Origin: a virus
Lineage: Duplodnaviria > Caudoviricetes
Virus record (IMG/VR): IMGVR_UViG_3300015607_000582
Span: 32,001-96,000 of that record
Direction: 5' to 3' (one strand)
Length of the DNA stretch: 64,000 nt
Part shown: in pieces, positions 31,484 to 40,034 of the stretch
How the letters are laid out: the number at the start of each line of letters is the position of its first letter
How positions within the stretch are numbered: position 1 is the stretch's first letter
Notes under the pieces: model-generated
The model's input: the letters and a program-made list of their open reading frames with translations, nothing else
Told to the model about the DNA's origin: nothing
Databases searched by the model: none
Position numbers and translations under genes: made by a program

Positions 31484-32581
31484 TCATGCGGTCACCTCGA
31501 CCTTCTTGGCGGCGAGCTGCTCGCGGATGACCTGCTCGATGATCGGGGCGACCGCGACCGGGCCGTCGGCCTTCTTGGCCTGCTCCTTGGCGATCTCGGC
31601 CACGAGCGGGGCGAGGGCGGTGTAGCCACCGTAGCTCCAGCGGCTGCGGCTGACGGCCCACTGCATGCTGTAGCAGCCGAAGTAGGTGCCCTTCTCGCCC
31701 GTGACCTTGCGCAGGATGCCAGCAGCAATCTGGCTCGGCATCTCTGCCTTGGGGTCAGCGACGTTGTAGAGATCAGCCCAGTCCACGATCAGGTGGCGAC
31801 CGCAGACGTGAGCGCCATGGCCGAGGTCGAACTTGCCGGGGTTGGTGCAGGAGCGAGCCGAGCACATGGGGTACTCGACCTTGGCCTTCACCTCGCCAGC
31901 GCGCACCTTGGTGGCCACGCCGTTCTTGACGAACGTGCCGCCGCCGTTGGTCTTGAGGTGGTTCTTGGCGTCGGTGATCGTGCGAGCGTGGCCGTCCCAG
32001 ACGAGGCGGTGATCCTTGGTCACGCGGCGCAGGTCGATGCTCGTGTAGCCGTCCTCAGTCTCGACGATGGCGAGGCGGCCCTCCAGCGTCAGCTCCGGGT
32101 ACTTGAGGCGCAGCTCGATGAGCGCGTCCTTCTCGCCCTGCTTGCGCTCGGCGTCGTTCCACTGCTTCTCGCGCTGGGCGTACAGCTCCTCGTTCATGGC
32201 GAACTCGTTGAGCAGGCGAGCGTTGAGGTCGGCGACGTAGTCGGCGAGGAACGTGAGGGCCTCGACCATCTCGCGAGCCTCGGAGGGGCTCATCTCGCGG
32301 ACGTTGATCTTCAGACCGAACTGGACAGCCTGCGTCGTGTCGTCCTTGCGCCAGTCGCGGCGGCGCTGCACCTTCTCGATCTGGAGGAACGAGTGCCAGC
32401 CTGCAGTGACCTCGTTCGGGCTGTCGGTGAACTGGCCGCCAGCGAAGGCGACGCGGAAGTCCGGGTCGCGCGGGTCGCTGTCGTCGGTCAGGACGAGGAT
32501 CTGCGCGCCGGTCGAGAGCGTGTGGACGGGCTCGTAGCCGTACTCGCCGATTGCCTGCTTGAGAGTGTAGGTGCTTGCCAT
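31484..32581 (-). CDS. Hypothetical early protein (365 aa)
   Basis: Strong codon bias; double AACGGAG leader. Confidence 0.75.
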   Translation of the reverse strand: MASTYTLKQAIGEYGYEPVHTLSTGAQILVLTDDSDPRDPDFRVAFAGGQFTDSPNEVTAGWHSFLQIEKVQRRRDWRKDDTTQAVQFGLKINVREMSPSEAREMVEALTFLADYVADLNARLLNEFAMNEELYAQREKQWNDAERKQGEKDALIELRLKYPELTLEGRLAIVETEDGYTSIDLRRVTKDHRLVWDGHARTITDAKNHLKTNGGGTFVKNGVATKVRAGEVKAKVEYPMCSARSCTNPGKFDLGHGAHVCGRHLIVDWADLYNVADPKAEMPSQIAAGILRKVTGEKGTYFGCYSMQWAVSRSRWSYGGYTALAPLVAEIAKEQAKKADGPVAVAPIIEQVIREQLAAKKVEVTA

Positions 32582-32637
32582 GGTGGTCATCTCCGTTGGT
32601 CGGTCTCCGTTGGGGCCGAAGCGCCCCTGCAGAGATC

Positions 32638-32669
32638 ACTATACCCGATGTATCGGAATAGTCAACCCC
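32638..32669 (-). promoter_or_regulatory. Class I promoter TTGACT-N16-TATAGT with CCGAT-NN-ATCGG palindrome
   Basis: Perfect dyad at 32645-32656 in the spacer. Confidence 0.75.
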
Positions 32670-33034
32670 TATGTTGCATGAATCGTCGAATGCCCCTCTG
32701 GGAGCGGGATTCGCCGGGTGACGATGCCGAAGTCCTTGACACGGCTGCGGATGTTGGCAGCGCCCACCGGGTTCATTGAATGGACGAACGCCCGCTCGAT
32801 GCGCCGACGCCAGACACCGGGCGCGACGTCGTGGACGTTGGCCATGAACACCAGCACGCGCATGGCGTCGTCGCCGGGGCCGAGGTCGTGGTCGAACCAG
32901 ACCTCGCGCCAGACGGTGTCGCTGGCGAGCAGGGCGATGGCGTCCGCGCTCGTGCGAGCGTAGGTGACATGGAACACGCGCTCCAGCGAGGGGAAGACGC
33001 GCTCGTCGTCGATGATGAGGATGTCGCCCTTCAC
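32669..33034 (-). CDS. Cyclic-phosphate-processing receiver-like domain protein
   Basis: ILIIDDER...WFDHDLG...VHSMNPVGA motifs. Confidence 0.8.
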   Translation of the reverse strand: MKGDILIIDDERVFPSLERVFHVTYARTSADAIALLASDTVWREVWFDHDLGPGDDAMRVLVFMANVHDVAPGVWRRRIERAFVHSMNPVGAANIRSRVKDFGIVTRRIPLPEGHSTIHAT

Positions 33035-33603
33035 GCGAAGTCCCCGTGCTCGACGGCCCAGTGGTTGATGAACGGAGCCGGGACGTCAGCCAGCTCCAGC
33101 GCGGCGACGCGAGCCTCGGCCAGCGTGCGGTGGGGCGAGCCCATCTCGACGCCGTCCTCGGTGAGCCGGTAGACGACCCAGAAGTCGATGCCGCCCCTGA
33201 CCTTGCGGATCGTGTGCGAGGTGCCGTCGATGGAGTAGACGCCCGCCTCGACCTTGGTGACCGACGCGCCCTTGGCGTTCGCGCGGGCCTGCGCCTTCTC
33301 CATGGCGACCTCGCCCAGACGGACGGCGTAGGCGAACGTCATGTAGCCGCTCGTCATGTCCTTGAGGATCCGCTCGGTGGTCGGCAGCACGCGGCCGTTG
33401 GAGCGCAGGTCGCCCATCTGCTGCGTCGTGGTGACGCTGTAGCGGTCGATGGTCTTGAGCGTGACGCGGCCGTCGGTCGCCGCCACCGGGGTGCGGTAGC
33501 TGATGGCGAAGGTGACGCCGTTGATGTTCTCGGTGCGCAGCGAGTGGCCCTTGGCCTCGCGGCCGTTAGCGAATGCTGCTCCTACCTGTGCGTTCGTTGC
33601 CAT
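33031..33603 (-). CDS. Hypothetical early protein (SY.T..A...YSVTT motif)
   Basis: Start MATNAQV after AACGGAG leader. Confidence 0.7.
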   Translation of the reverse strand: MATNAQVGAAFANGREAKGHSLRTENINGVTFAISYRTPVAATDGRVTLKTIDRYSVTTTQQMGDLRSNGRVLPTTERILKDMTSGYMTFAYAVRLGEVAMEKAQARANAKGASVTKVEAGVYSIDGTSHTIRKVRGGIDFWVVYRLTEDGVEMGSPHRTLAEARVAALELADVPAPFINHWAVEHGDFA

Positions 33604-33644
33604 GGTGGTCGATCTCCGTTGGTCTTGGGTGGTCTCTGGTTGCA

Positions 33645-33711
33645 ACTCTACCCGATGTATCGAGAGATGCAACCCCCGTGTTGCGCAAAAGTTCGCTATT
33701 TGCGAGATTTT
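33645..33711 (-). promoter_or_regulatory. Class I promoter with upstream 25-bp element
   Basis: TTGCAT-N16-TAGAGT; plus-strand CAAAAGTTCGCTATTTGCGAGATTT repeated at 35576 and near-identical at 39808. Confidence 0.75.
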
Positions 33712-35496
33712 ATCGCTCTGGAGCGACCAGCTTGAGGTTGTAGTCCAGCACCCGCGCGGGCGTTTCCGTGCCGTCGAACAGAACGAGAACCTCGGGCCAA
33801 ACGCGGTCGTCGTCCCAGTCCAGAGCATGTCCGACGACGGTGCCGACGCGCCCGTTGTAGTAGGCATCACCAGCCTGCAGGACCTCACAGGCACCGACGA
33901 CCCGGTCATCGACGTGATGTCGGTAGTCGTAGTGCATGTCAGTCGCTCTCCTTGCGCTGCCAGATGCGCTCGAACTTGTCAGCAAGCCGGTCGACGGCCG
34001 ACAGGTCCGAGCCCGGAGCCGGGTCGTCGAGGATGGTGCGAAGGGTCGCCACGTCGGTGCGGTCGAGCCGCACTGTGACATCCCAGTCCGCCTGCTTCTT
34101 GGGCTGCGTGCTCATGTCGTCAGCTCCTTGGTCTTGTCGATGGTGTTGTGGATCTCGATCAGGGCTTCGACCCACCGGACGTCGTCGACGTAGCTGTCGC
34201 ATGCGGCGTCGAGAGCGAGCAGCCGAGTCGCCTTGGCCACAGCGCGGACGATAGCCGCGAGGTGCTCGCGCTTGTCGGGGTGATCGCCCGTCGAGCCGGA
34301 CATCACATCCGTCTCGATGGTGCGGGCCACCAGCTCCAGCGCGTTCTCCGCGTAGAGGTAGCACGAAGCCCAAGCTCCACTGCGGTCTCCGTCGTAAAGC
34401 ACGTCCACCCAGCGGGGCGTACCAGTGCCGCTCTCTGCGTACTCGACGTCGCGCCCGTTCGGTGCCGTTCGCATGTCGGCAGTCAGGAAGGTCTCGAAGT
34501 GCTCTGCGCTCATCGCGGTACCTCCAGCAGGTCGACGAGGTCGGCCAGCGAGATGACCACCATGGGGTCGCGCTGGAGGAGCGCCCACTTCTCGGCGTCG
34601 GCGTCGAAGTTCGCGCTCCTGCTCGCGTAGATCCTCCCGGCCTGCGCGCCGACATGCAGATCCATGTCGTACGCGACTGCCTTGAGCTTCGCGAGCAGCG
34701 CGCCGTTGCGCTCCACCCTTCCGCTCTCGCCAGCAGAGGCCGCCATCATGCGTTCACCTCCGTGATGCCCATCTTCTCGGCGAGGGCGACCGACCGCTCG
34801 CTGATGTCCATCATCTCGTTGACGTCGGCGTTCTCCTCGCCCCCGGCGTAGATCGCGGCCGACTGGGTGAAGAGCTGCACCAGCTCGTCGAGGTTGGCGA
34901 GCGTGTCGCTGGCCAGCCCGCTGATGAGGTGCTGGAGGTTGACGGCGTGCTCGCTGCGCTCCGCGATCTCCTCGGGCAGCTCGTCGAGCAGGGCGTCGGC
35001 TGCGCGGACGATGTCGTTGAGGCGGCGGATGGCGATGTCGTTGAGGTTGTTGGTGTCCATGGTGATCGTGCTCCGTTTCGGTGTGTCAGTGGATGGTGTT
35101 GGTGAAGTGTCAGTCGGCAGCGGGCACGACGTGCCAGCGGTTCTTGATCTTCGTCAGCGTGCCGACCAGCTCGCCGGGGAAGTCGTAGCCGTCGTTCCAG
35201 ACGCCCCGCTTGGCGCGGTAGACGTTCACGCCCTCGGAGGGCTTGTCGCCGACGAACACGAGCGGCAGCACATCCTCGAACTGGCCGGTCTCCTCGCACT
35301 TGACGACCTCGCCGGACTCCTCGTAAGCGTCCCACGCCATCGCGATCTGGCGATCCTGAGTCGCCTCGACGCGCGGGTCAATGTTCCAGTGGTTGCTCGG
35401 CTTGTGCGCGAAGGCGAAGGCATGCGCCTTCTGAACCTCACCGTCGAGGATGACGTTGTGGGTGCGCTTGCGGAACGTGTAGATGTAGATGCCCAT
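33710..35496 (-). other. Six small ORFs (33710-33937, 33939-34115, 34112-34513, 34510-34749, 34746-35060, 35110-35496)
   Basis: Gene chain below the class I promoter at 35535. Confidence 0.6.
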
Positions 35497-35534
35497 GGTC
35501 GGTGGTCTCCGTTCAGTGTGGCCTTCTGGTGTCC

Positions 35535-35600
35535 ACTCTACCCGATCCATCGGACAAAGCAACCCACCCGTTCCACAAAAGTTCGCTATTTGCGAGATTT
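35535..35600 (-). promoter_or_regulatory. Class I promoter with palindrome and upstream element
   Basis: TTGCTT-N16-TAGAGT; dyad CCGAT-CC-ATCGG. Confidence 0.75.
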
Positions 35601-36087
35601 ATGCGCGAACAGCCATGGGGAAATCCCATCCATGGATGGCCACAGGACGCCCCACAGCCCGCGCCACCAGCGGGTCGCGACACGAGTAGCCGGGCATGAG
35701 GTTGGTGACCTGCCTGCCGAGCATGAGGCGGCGGTTGACGATGATCGGAGCGAACAGGTTGATGGTCGCTCGCTTCGGCTCACGCGGCACGTTCACCACC
35801 GCAAGCACCTCGACGTCCTCTGCCCTGTCCAGCTCGATCTGCGCCAGCTCCTCGTCGGAGACCTTGACCTCGAAGCTCCAGTGGAACGCCCACGGGATGG
35901 TGACCGGCAACGCGACGCTCGGGGTGTCAGTCGACTGCAGCCACGCGAGCGGACTGTCAGTCCCACCGACGACCACCCAGCTCGTCTCCTCGACGAAGCC
36001 GGGGATCCCGTCGGGGAACTCGATGAAGGAGTCGTCCGGGGCCACGATGGCCCCGTGACGACCCTCCATGCGATGCCGGTCACCCAT
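35599..36087 (-). CDS. fliW: Flagellar assembly factor FliW (CsrA antagonist)
   Basis: IEFPDGIPGF, AWLQS, ALPVTIPWAF, TINLFAPIIVN...GRQV...Y..RDPL all match the FliW family pattern. Confidence 0.85.
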   Translation of the reverse strand: MGDRHRMEGRHGAIVAPDDSFIEFPDGIPGFVEETSWVVVGGTDSPLAWLQSTDTPSVALPVTIPWAFHWSFEVKVSDEELAQIELDRAEDVEVLAVVNVPREPKRATINLFAPIIVNRRLMLGRQVTNLMPGYSCRDPLVARAVGRPVAIHGWDFPMAVRA

Positions 36088-36091
36088 CGTG

Positions 36092-37978
36092 TCAGTCGTC
36101 CATGTCAGTCGGCGGGAACAGCTCGTGGTCAGTCGAGTCGCGGATCACGAACGAGGTGTCACACGCGCCGCCCGCGCAGTCGTCGACCAGCGAGCCGTCC
36201 TCGTACTCGATGTCGCGCCCGGCCACCGTCCACTCGGCGAGCACGTCAGCCATCTCGTCGACCGGGACGTGCTTCATGGGCTCGAAGCTGTCAGCCGTCT
36301 CGCGCGAGCCCTCGCGGTAGAACGTCGTGCCCTTGAGGTGCGGCAGGTACTCCAGCCAGAGGCCGCCCAGCTCCTCCACCGGGAAGTCCTTGGGGAGGTT
36401 GATCGTCTTCGACACGGCGCTGTCGACGTGCTTCTGGACGACGCGCTGCATCTCCATGTGGGCACGCGGCGTGACGTCGTACGCGCCCTCGACCAGCTCG
36501 GGGTGATCCGTGTACTCCTGCGACACCACGAGCGTCTCCGCGATGGTCTCGCGCTGCTTGGCGTCGACCGTACGACGACGGCGGATGTAGACCGGGCTGA
36601 ACACGGGCTCGACGCCGCCAGTGACGCCATGCACCATGGAGGTCGTGCCGGTCGGGGCGACCGTGAGCAGGCAGCAGTTGCGGATGCCGTGCTCCTTGAT
36701 CTTGTTCTTGATGCCACGCTTGAGCGTCTTGGCGAATCCCGACTGCAGGAAGCGCGGGTCGTAGAGGGGGAACGGCCCCTTCTCGATGGCGAGGCTCACC
36801 GAAGCGTCGTAGGCGGTGTTCTTGATGACCGACATGAGCTTGTCGACGAACTCCAGCGCCTCGTCGGACGAGTAGCGCATGCCGAGGTCGAGCAGCATCG
36901 AGTGCAGCCCCATGACGCCCAGACCGATGCGACGCTCCTCGTGCGCCACCTTCTCGTTCTCGGGCAGCGGGTAGTTGGCCACGTCGATGGTGTCGTCGAG
37001 GTAGCGCACGGCCAACCTGACGCTCTCGTCGAGCTTGTCCCAGTCCATCTTGCCGTCGACCACGAAGCGCGGCAGCACGAGCGCACCGAGGCAGCAGTTG
37101 GCGTACGGCGACAGGGGCTGCTCGCCGCACGGGTTCGTGGCCACGAGGTCGCGCACGTAGGCGATGTTGTTCATGCGCTGGACGAGGTGCCAGTTGAGCA
37201 GGCCGGGCTCGCCGTTCCGCCATGCGTTGCCGACGAGCCACTCCCAGAGGCGGGTGGCGTTGATCGTGCGCCCCTCGCGGTCGGGCAGGCCGCCGAAGCG
37301 CAGCGGGATCTCCTCGCCGTTGCGCACCATCTCGACGAACTTCTCCGTCGGCATGTCAGCCGGGATCATCACCGAGATGTTCGCGTTCGCGATCTCGCCC
37401 GTCTTGAGCTTCGCGTCGAGGAACTCCTCGACGTCCGGGTGGTCGATGTTCAGGCAGAACATGAGCGCGGCGCGGCGACCGCCGCCGTCCTTGATCTCCT
37501 CGCCGATGCCGTTGATGACGCGCATCAGCGACACCGCCCCGGTGGCCGTGCCGCCCATGCCGCCGATGGGGTAGCCGCGCGGGCGGACGGGGGAGAAGTT
37601 GAGCCCGACACCGCCGCCGCGAGCCGAGATGGTGGCGACGTCGCCCATCGCCTTGCCCCAGCCCTCGATGGTGTCCTCGGTCGGCGCGACGTAGCAGTTG
37701 CTCGTCTGCTGGATCTTGCGGCCAGCGCCGTACCAGTGGCGACCGCCGGGCATGAAGTAGCTGTCGGCCAGCTCGCGATGGAATCGGTGGAGGTAGACCT
37801 CGGCCTTGCCGTTGTGCTCGGCACGACTGGCGGAGTAGGCGAGGCGGTACGCGCCCTCGCTCCACGTCTCGACCGGGACGCCATCCTCGTCACGCTTGGC
37901 GTACCGCTCTCCGAAGATGGTCTGGCCCAGTCCCTTGGGCTCGAAGGCGGGTGCTGCAGGGGCTACTTCGGTCGTCAC
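36092..37978 (-). CDS. nrdJ: Adenosylcobalamin-dependent (class II) ribonucleotide reductase
   Basis: PGGR, SNCY, GGGVG, RRAALM, TNPCGEQPL, RRIGLGVMG, VAPTGT, SKTIN, C-terminal CAGGAC. No nrdB nearby. GTG start at 37978 with GAGGAG RBS. Confidence 0.9.
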   Translation of the reverse strand: MTTEVAPAAPAFEPKGLGQTIFGERYAKRDEDGVPVETWSEGAYRLAYSASRAEHNGKAEVYLHRFHRELADSYFMPGGRHWYGAGRKIQQTSNCYVAPTEDTIEGWGKAMGDVATISARGGGVGLNFSPVRPRGYPIGGMGGTATGAVSLMRVINGIGEEIKDGGGRRAALMFCLNIDHPDVEEFLDAKLKTGEIANANISVMIPADMPTEKFVEMVRNGEEIPLRFGGLPDREGRTINATRLWEWLVGNAWRNGEPGLLNWHLVQRMNNIAYVRDLVATNPCGEQPLSPYANCCLGALVLPRFVVDGKMDWDKLDESVRLAVRYLDDTIDVANYPLPENEKVAHEERRIGLGVMGLHSMLLDLGMRYSSDEALEFVDKLMSVIKNTAYDASVSLAIEKGPFPLYDPRFLQSGFAKTLKRGIKNKIKEHGIRNCCLLTVAPTGTTSMVHGVTGGVEPVFSPVYIRRRRTVDAKQRETIAETLVVSQEYTDHPELVEGAYDVTPRAHMEMQRVVQKHVDSAVSKTINLPKDFPVEELGGLWLEYLPHLKGTTFYREGSRETADSFEPMKHVPVDEMADVLAEWTVAGRDIEYEDGSLVDDCAGGACDTSFVIRDSTDHELFPPTDMDD

Positions 37979-38143
37979 TTGACTCTCTCCTCGTTGGTCA
38001 TTCGGGGGCATGTAAAGGGGCGAGCAGCCCACTGGCGAACCAGCGGGCGGCACCATTTAGGGGGCCGTGCTGCGAGGCAAAATCGGACACCTCGCGAAAG
38101 TCCCTGCTAGTGAGTTTCGCTGACGCCGACGGCCACGGAAGAG

Positions 38144-38169
38144 ATGCTACTGACCGCGTCGGACGAACC
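38144..38169 (-). promoter_or_regulatory. Class II promoter GGTTCGTCCG-N10-TAGCAT (nrdJ-fliW operon)
   Basis: Motif copy directly after a terminator. Confidence 0.8.
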
Positions 38170-38185
38170 TCTCGACTGACATGCA

Positions 38186-38217
38186 AAAGGGGCTGGCCGC
38201 GAGTGCGACCAGCCCCT
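38186..38217 (-). terminator. Rho-independent terminator
   Basis: AGGGGCTGGTCGC-ACTC-GCGGCCAGCCCCT followed by TTT. Confidence 0.75.
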
Positions 38218-38351
38218 GCCCCGGACGACCAACGTCGGGATGCAGTAGCCCGGCAGGCCATACGGCGAACGGAGGAACACCGACCTGCCGGGCGACGAGG
38301 GGAGACGCCGACCAAAGCATCTCTCACCCTCGCCCCGCGCTCTAGGCGCGG
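38186..38351 (-). ncRNA. Putative multi-hairpin small RNA with anti-RBS loops
   Basis: Four hairpins plus terminator; G-U pairs favour the minus strand; loops TTTGGTCG, TTCCTCCGTT and TTGGT. Confidence 0.6.
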
Positions 38352-38355
38352 AAAC

Positions 38356-39268
38356 TCACTTGGCGATGTACTGGAGCACGGCGAACATCGTCGCGCCGGT
38401 CAGCACGCCGATGCCGAAGAGGTTGACGCCAGCGGCAGCCAGCATCGACCAGCTCGGGCGCGTGACCTGCGTGACGACCAGCTCTCCGGGGAGGAGCGGG
38501 TTGTCGAGCCAGTCGCGCTTGTGCGCCTCGAACTCCTCCGGGGTCATCAGCCGCTTGGCCGTCTCGTCGACGTAGTCGAGCGGCGACTTGCCGGGCTCGG
38601 TCTCGCCGAGCGAGGCAGCGCCCACGCTCGTCTCCTCCGCGCCGTTGTCGTGCTGCGTCACGATGCGCGACGTCGGGTCGGGGCGACGGTGTGCGGGCTC
38701 GGTGGCGTTGACGCGCTCGACGTTCGCTGGCGCAGTCCACGCCCCGTTGTCGGCCGGTGCGATGACCGGCTCGGTGTCCTTGGTGGTGTCGTTGACGCTC
38801 TGGCTCATGAGACGCCTCCCTGCCGCACTCCCTGCGGCATCGCGATGTTCGTACCGGGCAGTGCGATGCCCGAGTTCTGGGCCCTCACCTGCGCGATCTG
38901 CTCGTACTCGTTCTGCATGGCGGGGCGGAACAGGGTGACCTCGTCGATCCTGACGCCCCACTGCTTCCCGGTGACCGCATCCGTGACCTGCACGAAGCGG
39001 ACGTCGCGATCCGACATGCGGTGCGCGAGGTCGTCGAACGAATCGCTGACCGCCATCAGCGACTGGCCGAGCTGGATCATGGAGATGTCGTTCATGCAGC
39101 GACCCCCATGACCTTGCCGGTGGCCACGTCGAGCGCCGTCCGGCGCATCCCGAGAGCGGCCACGGCCTGCAGGAATGCAGTGCGGTCGTCGTCGATGATG
39201 GCCTTGAGCAGCACGTCCACCGATTCGGTGTACGAGCCCACTGCTTCGATCAGTTCGTTCAGGTCCAT
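38356..39268 (-). other. Three ORFs (38356-38808 with C-terminal TM, 38805-39095, 39092-39268)
   Basis: Operon below the class II promoter at 39297, ending in the putative sRNA. Confidence 0.65.
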
Positions 39269-39296
39269 TCGGCCCCTCCGTTAGTTGACTCCCGAC

Positions 39297-39322
39297 AGCG
39301 TACCGGACGCGCCGGACGAACC
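39297..39322 (-). promoter_or_regulatory. Class II promoter GGTTCGTCCG-N10-TACGCT within a 15-bp inverted repeat
   Basis: Inverted-repeat arms at 39296-39310 and 39335-39349. Confidence 0.8.
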
Positions 39323-39359
39323 TCAAGGGGCGAGGCGTCCGGTACGCTGCGCCATGGCG

Positions 39360-39725
39360 TCAGGCGTACGGGATGTACCAGCCGTCCTTGGTGACGCTCT
39401 CGAACCAGTCCGCGATGCGCGGGCTGATGCCGACGAGCTGCTGGTAGTCGGCGGCCTTGACTTCGAGGATGCACGCGCCCGTGTCCGCGATGCCGAAGCC
39501 GAGCGCGTCGTAGAGCAGCTCGGTGTCGCCTCCCTCGACATCCTCGGTGATCGCCTCGGCCGTGTAGCGCCCGCCGAAGTGGACCTCGCCGTCCTCGTCG
39601 CGGAGACGGAAGCGGTAGGTCGTTGCGCCCGTGGGGATCTCGCCTTCGCCGTATCCGACGCGGTTGTACTCGTCGCCGGGCTCGTTGAGGTAGTCGCGGT
39701 CGATGATCCAAGCTGCTGCGTTCAT
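39360..39725 (-). CDS. Hypothetical early protein (FRL.D.DGE..F.G motif)
   Basis: Single-gene cassette: class I promoter, AACGGAGACCGACC leader, then hairpin. Confidence 0.75.
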   Translation of the reverse strand: MNAAAWIIDRDYLNEPGDEYNRVGYGEGEIPTGATTYRFRLRDEDGEVHFGGRYTAEAITEDVEGGDTELLYDALGFGIADTGACILEVKAADYQQLVGISPRIADWFESVTKDGWYIPYA

Positions 39726-39765
39726 GGTCGGTCTCCGTTTCGATTCAGGGTGGCTACTTGAGCAT

Positions 39766-39833
39766 CACTCTACCCGATACATCGAGAAAAGCAACCCCAT
39801 TGTTCCGCAAAAGTGCGCTCTTTGCGAGATTTT
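39766..39833 (-). promoter_or_regulatory. Class I promoter with palindrome and upstream element
   Basis: TTGCTT-N16-TAGAGT; dyad CGAT-AC-ATCG. Confidence 0.75.
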
Positions 39834-40034
39834 CGCCGCTACAGGGGCTGCGGGTCGTTCTTGCCGGACACGTCATCGCCGTCGATGGCCGCGAGCACGA
39901 GCGGGCTCTCACCCTGCCTGTCCTTGCGCTTCGACTCCGGGCAGTAGGCGTGCGGCTCGGCCAAGATCAGCGAGTGCGAGCTGACCTCGCGTCGGCAGCC
40001 GGGACAGCGATAGGTGTACTCGAAGCTCGCCATG

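Noticed and set aside
37979-38137. Canonical cobalamin riboswitch or NrdR boxes upstream of nrdJ
   Set aside because: I could not identify the conserved B12-box or NrdR palindromes by eye; kept only as an unexplained structured leader.
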